Positions 9,003 to 18,800 of a DNA stretch of 32,000 bases are shown one piece after another (the first letter of the stretch is position 1; each line of letters starts with the position of its first letter). The translations under genes and the position numbers were made by a program. This DNA is from Bdellovibrionales bacterium (GTDB taxonomy: Bacteria > Bdellovibrionota > Bdellovibrionia > Bdellovibrionales > UBA1609). Location: NCBI GenBank assembly GCA_965247685.1, contig OZ252021.1:30001-62000 (forward strand), written 5' to 3'. Under the pieces are notes generated by a model. The model worked only from the letters and a program-made list of their open reading frames with translations, was not told where the DNA came from and searched no databases.

Positions 9003-10454
9003 TTACAACTCAAGCAACTGATTCACTCGACTTATCAGCTCTTTTCTTTGAATCAATGAGATTATTTGATTCAATTCAAAACCTTGAGGCCTCCCTACCA
9101 TAGCCGTTCGCAAAGGCATAAACAAGAATTTTCCTTTCACTTTCAATTGATCTTGAATCGTTTTTTTAAACTGTTTAAAGTGATCAGCAGATATATATTC
9201 TCCGCTGGAGCTTTCCAAAAATTCTTTCCAACTCTTGAGAACTCGAGGAGTTGAATCCCATTCATTAATTTTTTTAACGTCTGAATGCAAATCAAAAACT
9301 GCAATGAGGCGAAAAGCTTCCACAGCTTCGTTCAAATTCGAAAAAGAACTTTTTAAAGACTCAAAAGCAAGACTTCTCCATGAATCATTTTCAGGAAGAT
9401 TAAATTCTTGAATCTGAGGTTTAAGTAAAGACCAAAATTGTTCAGCAGCAAGGCAGCGAAGATGTTGAGCATTAATCCATTTCAATTTTTCTTCATCAAA
9501 AACTGCTGCTGATGCATTTAATCTTTCGACAGAAAAGGCATCTATTAATTCTTCAAGAGTAAAAATCTCTTGAGTGTCTGCGGGATTCCACCCCATCAAT
9601 GCTAAAAAATTATTGAGAGCCTGTGGTAGAATTCCTCTTTTTCTATACTCTAAGCAGGATACTGCTCCAGATCGCTTGCTGAGCTTCTTTTTTTGATGAT
9701 CCAAAATGATAGAAAGATGCCCAAAAGCTGGAACAGAAAACTGAAAAGCTTCAAAAATCATAAGTTGTCTCAAAGTGTTGGGCAGGTGTTCTTCAGCTCG
9801 AAAAACATGAGTGATTTTCATTAAGGCATCATCAATCGCACAACAGAAGTTATACACGGGAGCGCCACTAGATCGCACCAATACAAAATCTCCTACCATA
9901 TTGGAAGGAAAAACAACTTCTCCTCTCACTAGATCTTGAATTTTATATTCTTTCACCTCTTGTGGCATTTTAAATCGAATTACAGCCTGCATCCCTTCTT
10001 TTTTTCTTTGAAGTGCTTTTTCCAAGCTCCAGTCTCGATAAGGACTCTGCACTTGAAAGGGCTGACCTTGTATTTTTTTTTGCTGAGCGATTTCTTCATC
10101 AGTTAAAAAGCAATAGTAAGCCCGTCCATCTTCTAAAAGTTTTTGAGCATACTCTTGATAGATAGCTTTTCTTTGGCTTTGCCGATAAGGCCTCAATTCT
10201 CCAGTCTCCGCAGAAAGAGAAAGGTTCACTCCTTCATCCCAATTCAAACCCAGCCAATCCAAAGATTGCAAAAGCTCTAAACAAAATCTTTCCTGATTTC
10301 TTTGCTCATCTGTATCTTCAATACGAAGAATAAATTTGCCATTATATTTTTTTGCAAACAGATAATTAAACAACGCCGTTCTCGCCCCTCCTACATGAAG
10401 AAATCCTGTAGGACTAGGAGCAAAACGCACCCTAACATTAGATATCGTGCTCAT
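9003..10454 (-). CDS. gltX: glutamate--tRNA ligase
   Basis: 483 aa. The class I motifs are present: HVGG (the HIGH equivalent, in RFAPSPTGFLHVGGARTA) and KLSKR (the KMSKS equivalent). Confidence 0.95.
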   Translation of the reverse strand: MSTISNVRVRFAPSPTGFLHVGGARTALFNYLFAKKYNGKFILRIEDTDEQRNQERFCLELLQSLDWLGLNWDEGVNLSLSAETGELRPYRQSQRKAIYQEYAQKLLEDGRAYYCFLTDEEIAQQKKIQGQPFQVQSPYRDWSLEKALQRKKEGMQAVIRFKMPQEVKEYKIQDLVRGEVVFPSNMVGDFVLVRSSGAPVYNFCCAIDDALMKITHVFRAEEHLPNTLRQLMIFEAFQFSVPAFGHLSIILDHQKKKLSKRSGAVSCLEYRKRGILPQALNNFLALMGWNPADTQEIFTLEELIDAFSVERLNASAAVFDEEKLKWINAQHLRCLAAEQFWSLLKPQIQEFNLPENDSWRSLAFESLKSSFSNLNEAVEAFRLIAVFDLHSDVKKINEWDSTPRVLKSWKEFLESSSGEYISADHFKQFKKTIQDQLKVKGKFLFMPLRTAMVGRPQGFELNQIISLIQRKELISRVNQLLEL

Positions 10455-10472
10455 AAAAGTATCATGAATATC

Positions 10473-10976
10473 TTACTGAGGAAAAACAATCTGTGAAGCA
10501 TCTTTCAGAAAAACTTTCCCGTCTTCACCTTCCATGACTAGAGTCACTTCTTTTGAAAGTAGATTCCAAGCCTGCTCCATAATTTGTTTTTCTCCAAAAC
10601 TAAGATTCTTTTTTTTCTGTAAAAGCGACAAATCTTTTAAAACATGAGCCACTTCAACAAGAGAGCCTGTCTTAAGTTTTTTAGAATACTCTTGAAGTTT
10701 CTTGTTCCAGTTTCTCAAGTTTTTGACAGTCATTTCAGTATCTTGTAAAACATTCATCACTTCATCAATTTTTTTACGATCTGCTAAAGGACGAAGACCA
10801 CCCTTTTCCCCTGTTCTATTTTTAGGCACTAAAATATCTGTTTCTAAATCTTGGATGCGAACAGAGTAGAAAACTTCCTTATTTCCAAAAATTTCTCTTG
10901 TTTCGATAGCTGTGACTACTCCCACACCATATCCACCATAAACCGCAGAATCACCTATTTTAAAAGCTAATGACAT
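10473..10976 (-). CDS. carD: CarD/CdnL-family RNA-polymerase-binding transcription factor
   Basis: The ORF track extends to 11069, but the ATG at 10976..10974 is preceded by AAGGAGG (10987..10981) with 4 nt spacing. That start gives MSLAFKIGDSAVYGGYGVGVV..., the canonical CarD_CdnL_TRCF N-terminus. The resulting length of 167 aa is CdnL-like. Confidence 0.85.
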   Translation of the reverse strand: MSLAFKIGDSAVYGGYGVGVVTAIETREIFGNKEVFYSVRIQDLETDILVPKNRTGEKGGLRPLADRKKIDEVMNVLQDTEMTVKNLRNWNKKLQEYSKKLKTGSLVEVAHVLKDLSLLQKKKNLSFGEKQIMEQAWNLLSKEVTLVMEGEDGKVFLKDASQIVFPQ

Positions 10977-11073
10977 AAGTCCTCCTTTTGATTTAGGATG
11001 TATACCAAACTTTCTGATTAAGTTCAAAAACAAAGATGAAAAAATTACAACCCTATAAAAAATATACACATAT

Positions 11074-13278
11074 TTACTTTTTTGTGTAGGAGTTAGCTAT
11101 TCGGGAGACATGAAATACATTTTTAAGCCTTTCAATAGCCTGAATAATACTACGAAGTTCTTGAATATCTTTGACTTCTAATGTAATAATAAAAGTAGCT
11201 TTGAAAAGTTCATCCACTTGGGCTTTAAGCTCTAGGGTGTTAATGTTTCTCTCTATCATTATATTCGTAATATCGTTAGCTGCCCCTAAGTAGTCTCTTG
11301 CGCTGATTCGTATAGAAACGCTGTGCTTAGAATCTTCTTTTGCGGATTTTCTCCAACTCACGTCCACATATCGATCGGAATCTAAATTTTGGAGCTGTTT
11401 ACATTCACGACGATGAACCACAATCCCTCTTTCAACACTAATATATCCTAAAATATCATCACCATGAACAGGATTGCAGCAATGAGCTAGGTGAACCATC
11501 ACATTCCCCATTCCTTCCACTTCAATAGGAGAATGAGTTTTCCCTCCTACACCTTTTTTCACTTTTGTAATAATCCTTTTAAAGATTGGTGTACTATTTA
11601 AAACTTTAGCAATGAATTTTTTAGCGACAATTTTTCCTTTTCCAATTTGAGTATAAATCTCTTCATTCGAATTGAGACCTAGTTGAGTCATGTGTTTTTT
11701 AAACTGAGGGTGAGTAAAAAATTTTTCAGTCGTTAAATCAGATTCCTTAAGCTCTTTTTCAAGGATCTTTATACCAATTTGCTGAGATGTCTTTTTTTCT
11801 TCCTCATTAATATACATACGAATACGAGAGCGAGCCTTTGAAGTCACACAATGATTCAGCCACTCACGAACAGGATGATTTTTTTCTGAAGTAATCACTT
11901 CCACCACATCTCCATTTTGAAGTTTATATTTAAGTGGAACAATACGACCTCCCACCAAAGCTCCTTTGAGTTTATTGCCTAAATCTGTATGAACGGCATA
12001 GGCAAAGTCTATAGGTGTGGAGCCAGAAGAGAATTCTTTCACTTCTCCTTTAGGAGTAAAAACATAAATATCTGATTCGAAGAGATCGTTTTTCACACTT
12101 TCTAAAAAATCATTAGAATGTTTGGCTTGACGATGAAGATCAATTAAATCTTGCAGCCAAGTAAATTTTTGAATGGTATTTTTTTGAATAGTAGAATGGG
12201 AAGAAAAATATTTTTCCTTGTACTGCCAATGAGCAGCCACCCCTTTTTCTGCCAACTGATGCATCACATAAGTGCGAATTTGAATTTCTACTTTTTTATT
12301 CTGAGGTCCAATCACAGTTGTATGTAAACTTTGATAGTTATTGGATTTAGGAAGAGCAACAAAATCTTTAAATCGACCAGGAATAGGCTTCCATAAAGAG
12401 TGTACCCATCCTAGAATTTCATAACATTCGTGCAGTTTTTCCACACAAATACGAAAGGCAATAATATCGTAGACATCCTCGTAACCAATACTTTGGCTTT
12501 GCATTTTTTTATAAATGGAATACATATTTTTAGTTCGACCGTTAATTTCAAACTTCACAGATGTTTTCTCAGATAAAGCTTTACTTAAAAACTGAGTCAC
12601 TCTTTGAATGTATTGTTCTCTTTCTGATTTTTCTTCTTCAAATTGTTGAAACAAAGAACTGTAAACTTCAGGATAAATGTACTTAAAAGAAAGATCTTCA
12701 AGCTCCGTTTTCATAAAATGAAGACCAAGCCTTCCCGCAAGTGGAGCGTAGATGTTTAAAGTTTCTTTAGAAATTCTCAGTTTTTTAGCTTCGGACAAAG
12801 GAGCTAAAGTTCTCATATTATGTAATCGATCGGCTAGTTTCACCAGAATAACTCGTACATCCTTACCCATAGAGATTAACATTTTCCTAATATTTTCACT
12901 TTCTTTCTCATAGGTATTTTTAAATTCTATTTGAGAAAGTTTGGTCACTCCATCCACTAGAAAAGCAACCTGATCACCAAATTCCTTTTGAACTTCTTTT
13001 AATGTCAGGTGTGTATCTTCTACCACATCATGAAGAAGACCGGTGAGAATGGTGGGGGCGTCCATTTTAATATCTGCTAAAATATGAGCTACAGCGAGAG
13101 GATGCTCGATAAAAAGCTCTCCCGTTTTCCTCAACTGATCCCCATGCGCCAGTTGAGCCATCTCATAGGCTTGTTCAATCAAACCACATTCTTTTTCAGA
13201 TATATATTTATTTAATTTTTGAACGAGAGACTTAACGTTTGAGGATTTCTTTGTTTTTTTAAGAGTAGAAGGCTTCAT
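11074..13278 (-). CDS. spoT: bifunctional (p)ppGpp synthetase/hydrolase (RelA/SpoT homolog)
   Basis: 734 aa. The HD hydrolase motifs are intact (HPLAVA...HDVVEDT). A RelA_SpoT synthetase region follows (...YQSLHTTV...VEIQIRT), then TGS- and ACT-like C-terminal parts. The conserved gmk-rpoZ-spoT gene order supports the call. Confidence 0.95.
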   Translation of the reverse strand: MKPSTLKKTKKSSNVKSLVQKLNKYISEKECGLIEQAYEMAQLAHGDQLRKTGELFIEHPLAVAHILADIKMDAPTILTGLLHDVVEDTHLTLKEVQKEFGDQVAFLVDGVTKLSQIEFKNTYEKESENIRKMLISMGKDVRVILVKLADRLHNMRTLAPLSEAKKLRISKETLNIYAPLAGRLGLHFMKTELEDLSFKYIYPEVYSSLFQQFEEEKSEREQYIQRVTQFLSKALSEKTSVKFEINGRTKNMYSIYKKMQSQSIGYEDVYDIIAFRICVEKLHECYEILGWVHSLWKPIPGRFKDFVALPKSNNYQSLHTTVIGPQNKKVEIQIRTYVMHQLAEKGVAAHWQYKEKYFSSHSTIQKNTIQKFTWLQDLIDLHRQAKHSNDFLESVKNDLFESDIYVFTPKGEVKEFSSGSTPIDFAYAVHTDLGNKLKGALVGGRIVPLKYKLQNGDVVEVITSEKNHPVREWLNHCVTSKARSRIRMYINEEEKKTSQQIGIKILEKELKESDLTTEKFFTHPQFKKHMTQLGLNSNEEIYTQIGKGKIVAKKFIAKVLNSTPIFKRIITKVKKGVGGKTHSPIEVEGMGNVMVHLAHCCNPVHGDDILGYISVERGIVVHRRECKQLQNLDSDRYVDVSWRKSAKEDSKHSVSIRISARDYLGAANDITNIMIERNINTLELKAQVDELFKATFIITLEVKDIQELRSIIQAIERLKNVFHVSRIANSYTKK

Positions 13279-13294
13279 CCTAACCTATTAGCGA

Positions 13295-13570
13295 TTACTC
13301 ATTCTCATTCAATTTTTGCGTATCTTCTTTAAGGTCTGCACTACTATTGAAAAAATTTTCCAACCGAATAGCCATTTCGTCTTTAGACAGATTACCAGTG
13401 AGATGCCCAGCCGCCACTTCTCTTAAAGCATTCACCACATGTTTATTATTAGCTTCCACCATCGGATGATCTCCATTGAGAAACTGTCGAACTCTTTTAG
13501 CCACTATAGCGACTAAAGAGAAACGGTTATCCACCTTTTTTAAACAATCTTCTACGGTCACTCTAGCCAT
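13295..13570 (-). CDS. rpoZ: DNA-directed RNA polymerase subunit omega
   Basis: 91 aa. [29 protein letters not shown] is the canonical RpoZ N-terminus. AAGGGGGA SD lies upstream. Confidence 0.9.
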   Translation of the reverse strand: MARVTVEDCLKKVDNRFSLVAIVAKRVRQFLNGDHPMVEANNKHVVNALREVAAGHLTGNLSKDEMAIRLENFFNSSADLKEDTQKLNENE

Positions 13571-13626
13571 GTCATCCCCCTTCAGGTTGTATCAAGGTAA
13601 TCAATAATACGGAATTATTCAACCCT

Positions 13627-14190
13627 TTATTGATACAGGTATTGTTTAATTTCATTTTTGAGTTTTTGGTAAGCCTTTTCAAGATGTTCATTGATAATTT
13701 GGACATGGGAGTATTTCTGCAGTTCACTGACTTCCTCTTTATAAGCTTTCAATCGAAGCTCTTTATTCTCATTAGGAGCAGCATCTCTTTGAGAAATTCG
13801 AGATTGAACCTCCTGTTGATCAGCAAAGATGCCTACAACAAGACTTTGAGGATAAAGCTTTCTGACTGATTTAACTCCTTTTAAATCCAAATCAGTAATA
13901 GGAACTTTGTTTTCTTTCCATATTTGTTTAATTTGTGTTTGAGCTGTTCCGTAATAATGCCCGTACACTTGAGTCCATTCGAGAAATTCGCCTTCTTTAA
14001 TTCTCTCTAAAAACTCTTCTCGAGAGAGGAAAAAATATTCTTTGCCAGGAGTTTCAAAAGGCCGCTTCTGACGAGTGGTGCAGGAGATGGAAAGCCTCAG
14101 AGAGTCCATATCTTTCATCAAACTTTGAATGAGCGTGGACTTACCAGCTCCGCTGGGGCCGCATAAAACAATAAAACCATTCTTGATCAT
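13627..14190 (-). CDS. gmk: guanylate kinase
   Basis: 187 aa. It has the P-loop GPSGAGKST, the motif ...SCTTRQKRPFE..GKEYFF..., and lies upstream of rpoZ. Confidence 0.95.
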   Translation of the reverse strand: MIKNGFIVLCGPSGAGKSTLIQSLMKDMDSLRLSISCTTRQKRPFETPGKEYFFLSREEFLERIKEGEFLEWTQVYGHYYGTAQTQIKQIWKENKVPITDLDLKGVKSVRKLYPQSLVVGIFADQQEVQSRISQRDAAPNENKELRLKAYKEEVSELQKYSHVQIINEHLEKAYQKLKNEIKQYLYQ

Positions 14191-14231
14191 ATTTTATGTA
14201 CTTTCGTTGAATTATGAGAGTCAAGCAAGGA

Positions 14232-15218
14232 TTAATCCCAGTAATCGCTCCAATTATTGAAATTTTTTAAATCATCGAATGTTGCAGTTTTTGCAGCTGC
14301 AATACAGAATGTAGATTCAGGTTGATCACGATAACCTTCTTTTAAAAGATAGTAGCCAACCCCCCTTTGCCTTCTTAAAGAAGTGCAAGAGACACTTAAT
14401 TGTTTAAAGTAAATCCAAGAGAGGCAGATTTTATAAGAACGATCTCTGGATTTATTTGTAACACTGGCATTACGACAAATATCTGAAACCATTTCATGAA
14501 AATGCTCTAAAAGAGGACTGTCTTTGTCTCCAATAAGCAACAAAGGAGAATATATAGGGATATCGACCATACCTTTTATAACACGTCTATCATTGTCTGC
14601 TAAACCTAGTCCAGGATCAGCTACAGGATCTTTCTCTTGAGAAAACAAGTTATAAAGAATATCTGTAGATCTTGAAAAGTCCGCAAGAGAAGTTCCTATA
14701 GATGAAGGGTTGCTAAAAGTCCAGATCAAAACCGCTTCAGCATCATTACTATCATATCCGTAAGGATTTCCATATTCATCCGTGGCATCATCATTATCAT
14801 CATCGTCATCTTCATTTGCTTGAGAAGCTAAATAGTCTCCTGTAATCACTCGATTCCAAGACCGCAAACCTACTTCTGCAAAAAGATCAAAATCTCGGCT
14901 GCTGATATCGCTCTCTAATTTTTTTGCTGTTGGATTTTTTAGAATATCAAAAGCATCCTCAATAAGGCCAATCTCCCCTAAAGAGAATTTGTAGCAAGTT
15001 CTTCTTTCATCGGTGTATTCCAGCATTCGATCACAAATATTTTCACAGCGAGAAGAATCCTCGCATACATTTTGACGGGAAGTTCTTCGAGAGCTCCGAT
15101 TCCGTCTTAGATCTTCCACTTCTCCTTGAGATCCTTGAATCGAAGCCAGATAACTATATTCAGCCGGCGTACAAGAGGCGATTCCAATCAAAAAAGCAAA
15201 TGATAATATTATTTTCAT
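14232..15218 (-). CDS. lipoprotein of unknown function (paralog 1), Cys-motif plus acidic tract
   Basis: The ORF track extends to 15317 and overlaps the upstream gene. The ATG at 15218 follows an AGAGGA SD and gives MKIILSFAFLIGIAS/C, a lipobox. The N-terminal half aligns with the adjacent gene through C-x5-C-x3-C-x12-CY and FDIL.NP motifs. An acidic run NEDDDDDNDDATDE is present. Confidence 0.6.
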   Translation of the reverse strand: MKIILSFAFLIGIASCTPAEYSYLASIQGSQGEVEDLRRNRSSRRTSRQNVCEDSSRCENICDRMLEYTDERRTCYKFSLGEIGLIEDAFDILKNPTAKKLESDISSRDFDLFAEVGLRSWNRVITGDYLASQANEDDDDDNDDATDEYGNPYGYDSNDAEAVLIWTFSNPSSIGTSLADFSRSTDILYNLFSQEKDPVADPGLGLADNDRRVIKGMVDIPIYSPLLLIGDKDSPLLEHFHEMVSDICRNASVTNKSRDRSYKICLSWIYFKQLSVSCTSLRRQRGVGYYLLKEGYRDQPESTFCIAAAKTATFDDLKNFNNWSDYWD

Positions 15219-15237
15219 ATCTAAAGTTCCTCTTTTA

Positions 15238-16236
15238 TTACGGACCCGGTGGTGGACTGCAATCAGCTCTTCTTGTGTAAGTGCGCCTACCATCACTAAT
15301 GGATTCTCGATCTTCAATATGTAATATCAAACAATAAAAATCCTCAATACATCCTGAAGAATTTTCACATTCATTATTAATAAATCTATCTATGATACCA
15401 TCACTCAAACTGTCATTATCTTGGGCTTTAGAGTAAGTGTATAAGGTCACACCATCAAAAGAGTTATTAGTGAGTCCTAAAACAATAGGTAAAAGATTAT
15501 CATGACAGTCCCTTACTGAACAGGATACAGGATCCTCACAATTAATTTCCGGCTTTGATAAAGATATAAAAAGAGCATTTGTAGCCGGCTTTACATTAGA
15601 GTCACACAGTTGATTTTTAAATTTTGAAGTGGTGCAATGCTGCTGCCCTAAAAGACAAATCAAATGTCTGAAAATTTCGTCGTCTTTATCTTTAGATTGA
15701 AGAGCTTTAGCAATTTTTTCTTCTTCAGCCATCCATTCCAACACCAACTGAGCCGTCCTCGAATCATAGGAATGAATATCTTCCCAATTATCATCCCTGC
15801 GATCTCCGTCTTCATCAATATGAATGGGATCCACCAGATCTAAAAACCCTCTGTATCCTAAATTTAAAAAATCACTAAAAAATTCATCTTCAATATCATT
15901 CAGTTCAGAAAGCCGTCGAGGGTTGATCAATATATCGAAAGTACCTGCAATTTCGTCCACTCGATTTTCTCTAGCATTGTAGCAGCGATCCAAATCGCTC
16001 GCCTTTAGATAAAGGCTATCGCAAACTTCTTTGCAGTCCTCACTTTCTCGACAATAATCCGAACTATTTCTTAAGGTTCTATCACGAATACTATCTCTCA
16101 GGCGACGGCGACCATCATCGGAATCTATATTTGTGTCTTTGATAGACGATAGATAATCGTATGTCCCTCCTTGCGTGCAGGATAAAAAAAACACAATAAT
16201 AAAAAAATTGATAAAAGATATCTCTAAACTTTTCAC
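15238..16236 (-). CDS. lipoprotein of unknown function (paralog 2)
   Basis: The ORF track start at 16251 is TTG. An in-frame GTG at 16236 lies 9 nt after GGAG and gives MKSLEISFINFFIIVFFLS/C, a lipobox. It shares the C-x5-C-x3-C-x12-CY, FDIL.NP and YDS..A..VL.W motifs with paralog 1. The choice of start codon is uncertain. Confidence 0.55.
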   Translation of the reverse strand: MKSLEISFINFFIIVFFLSCTQGGTYDYLSSIKDTNIDSDDGRRRLRDSIRDRTLRNSSDYCRESEDCKEVCDSLYLKASDLDRCYNARENRVDEIAGTFDILINPRRLSELNDIEDEFFSDFLNLGYRGFLDLVDPIHIDEDGDRRDDNWEDIHSYDSRTAQLVLEWMAEEEKIAKALQSKDKDDEIFRHLICLLGQQHCTTSKFKNQLCDSNVKPATNALFISLSKPEINCEDPVSCSVRDCHDNLLPIVLGLTNNSFDGVTLYTYSKAQDNDSLSDGIIDRFINNECENSSGCIEDFYCLILHIEDRESISDGRRTYTRRADCSPPPGP

Positions 16237-16614
16237 AAAATAACACTCCAATAAATAAACTACCCTATTTTCTTCATCGGATAACGAAAGGGTATGTATA
16301 AGAAGTTACCAGAATAAAAAGAGATAACCAGTCATTGGTCTTGCTTTAACATTCTATAGCTGTGAAATATTTTCATTGCTATTTTGCCAGAGAATAGATT
16401 TTTAAAAAATCTTTTCAAACTGTTTTACGATCTTTAAAAATTTAAAAAAATATGAAAGAAATAAAAAAAACATCACTATAAAAAAATATCCAACATTCTA
16501 AAAAAGATCTGTTGGAGATTAAAATTATTTTGAAATAACGTCATATCATAAAATCTGAAATTCATATAAAAAGTATCTGAATAATCTAAAGAAAAAAACA
16601 CTGGAATGAAGGTC

Positions 16615-18669
16615 TCATGAGTCGATCAGGTTTTCCAGCTTCAGTAAAAATGTGAACTGAACAACGAGCTGTTTGAGTCGTTTAAATCTACCTGTTGTTC
16701 CACTATGCCCAGAATCCATATCCATTAAAAGAAGGATAGGATTATCATTTTTTTGAAAATCTCTCAGTCGAGCTGTCCACTTCATAGGTTCCCAATATTG
16801 CACTTGAGAGTCGTGGTATCCAGAGGTCACTAAAATATGTGGAAATTTATTCTCTCTAATATTATCGTAAGGAGAATAAGACTTCATATAATTATAATAC
16901 ACAGGATCACTCGGATCTCCCCACTCATCATACTCTCCCGCAGTGAGGGGAATATCTTGATCTTGCATAGTGGTCAAAACATCCACAAAAGGAACTTGGG
17001 CAATCATTCCATTAAAAAGATCAGGCCTCATATTGAGTACACTTCCCATTAATAAACCTCCAGCACTTCCTCCTCCTGCATAAAGTTTTTTCGGATGAAC
17101 CCACTGCTCACTCACCAAATAATGAGCACAATCAATAAAATCTTTAAAAGTATTTTTCTTTTTTAAGAGCTTCCCTTCTTCGTACCACTTTTTACCCTTC
17201 TCCGCTCCACCACGAACATGAGCCATGGCAAAAACAAAACCTCGATCCAAAAGGGAGAAAATATGCGGACTAAAATCCGGTTCTAAACTCATTCCATAAG
17301 AACCATAACCATAAAGATATAAAGGATTTTTACCTTGTTGAAATAAATCTTTTTTATAAATGATAGAAAGAGGAATTTTTTCTCCGTCTTGAGCCGATAC
17401 AAAAAATCTTTCTTCGTGATACAAACTGGAATCAAAAGGGACTGCCAATTTCGTTTGTTTTATTAATTTTGCCGTCTTATCCTTAATAGAATAATCGTAG
17501 ATCATTTCCGGCTGAGTCATTGATTCATAAGAAACTCGAAGAAGATCCGTTTGGTAATTCGCATTACTGTCCATTTCCATCACATGGCAGTTAGTTTGTT
17601 CAGAAAAGACTTCCACAGGCCTCACAACATGAGATTTTTTGTCTATAATCAGCACTTTTGAACAACTTTTTTCTCTGCATTCCAAAGCAATAAAATCTGA
17701 AAACACTTCAAAATCCTCAATGTATATATCTGGATCATGCGGAAACACCGTTTTCCAATGGTTCATGTCTGGTTGATGAATCGAGGTGACATCTAAGCGA
17801 TAGTTTGTACAAACATGAGAATTGGTCAAAATATAGAAGACATCTTTTCCATCAGCTAGATAGTATTTATGCCCTTTTTTTCTCTCTAAAAAGACTTTTA
17901 AAGGCTCTTCCGGATTTTGAGCAGAAAGAATTCGATATTCTGTGGTCAGGGTGCTGGAAGATTGAACATAAATAAATTCTTCAGAAAGAGACTTATAAAT
18001 ACTTACATGAAAAGTATGATCCTTTTCTTCAAAAATACATTCTTCTTTTTGAGTCTTTATATTGTAGCGATAAACTTGATGTGATCGAAGTGTTTGCGGA
18101 TCTTGTTTCGTGTAGAAAATAGTTTCATCATCTTGAGCCCAAATAACTTCTCCCGTTGTTTGAGGAATATTTTGTGATAATATTTCTTGAGTTTTTAAAT
18201 CTTTAAAAAAAATTGTATAAAACCTTCTTCCTATAGAATCTACAGAAAAAGCGGCTAAGTTTTGAGAACTTGAAAGAGCTAAGCTCCCTACCGAATAGTA
18301 CGAATGCTCTTGAGCAAGTTCATTAACATCCAGTAAAATCTCCTCTGCACTCTCCTCACTATTCTTTTTTCTCCGACAATAGATTGGATATTCTTTTTTC
18401 TCTTCATAGCGGGTTTGATACATATAATTTTTGAAAGGATAAGGTGCACTCGAATCTTTAGGAGGAATACGGCTTTTAAGCTCTTGAAATAGCTTTTCTT
18501 GAAACAAAAGAGTTTTATTCATGTGTTCGTCAAAGTATTTCTGCTCTTCTTTCAGATGATCGAGGACCTTTTGACTATCTCTTTGTTTCATCCAGAAATA
18601 CGGATCTTCTCGAACATCATCGAAAGCTCTTAGTTTTTTAATAATTTGATCTGCTTGAGGTTTTTTCAT
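16615..18669 (-). CDS. ptrB: oligopeptidase B (S9A prolyl-oligopeptidase family serine protease)
   Basis: 684 aa. The N-terminus ...DDVREDPYFWMKQRD... matches the family, followed by a beta-propeller-length region. The catalytic Ser motif GGSAGGLLMG is present, along with downstream ...D..V... and GHSG motifs (catalytic His). Confidence 0.88.
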   Translation of the reverse strand: MKKPQADQIIKKLRAFDDVREDPYFWMKQRDSQKVLDHLKEEQKYFDEHMNKTLLFQEKLFQELKSRIPPKDSSAPYPFKNYMYQTRYEEKKEYPIYCRRKKNSEESAEEILLDVNELAQEHSYYSVGSLALSSSQNLAAFSVDSIGRRFYTIFFKDLKTQEILSQNIPQTTGEVIWAQDDETIFYTKQDPQTLRSHQVYRYNIKTQKEECIFEEKDHTFHVSIYKSLSEEFIYVQSSSTLTTEYRILSAQNPEEPLKVFLERKKGHKYYLADGKDVFYILTNSHVCTNYRLDVTSIHQPDMNHWKTVFPHDPDIYIEDFEVFSDFIALECREKSCSKVLIIDKKSHVVRPVEVFSEQTNCHVMEMDSNANYQTDLLRVSYESMTQPEMIYDYSIKDKTAKLIKQTKLAVPFDSSLYHEERFFVSAQDGEKIPLSIIYKKDLFQQGKNPLYLYGYGSYGMSLEPDFSPHIFSLLDRGFVFAMAHVRGGAEKGKKWYEEGKLLKKKNTFKDFIDCAHYLVSEQWVHPKKLYAGGGSAGGLLMGSVLNMRPDLFNGMIAQVPFVDVLTTMQDQDIPLTAGEYDEWGDPSDPVYYNYMKSYSPYDNIRENKFPHILVTSGYHDSQVQYWEPMKWTARLRDFQKNDNPILLLMDMDSGHSGTTGRFKRLKQLVVQFTFLLKLENLIDS

Positions 18670-18800
18670 AGCCCTAACTAAAGTTAAAATATAAGTAAAA
18701 GTTCTTTTTCAAAGATTTTAATGTATGTTGTTTATCAATATTTGTCCATACAATTTGAATACTCCCGCTCATGGCATTAGAATAAAGATATAAGAGGTCT

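Noticed and set aside
10977-11069. A 31-codon N-terminal extension of the CarD-family ORF in the track. A similar extension adds 33 codons to the lipoprotein ORF (15219..15317), which would overlap the upstream gene.
   Set aside because: Internal ATGs with strong SD sequences give canonical N-termini: the CarD MSLAFKIGD... and the lipoprotein signal MKIILSF...IASC. The extensions are hydrophobic or arbitrary sequence, and the second one overlaps another CDS by 80 nt.
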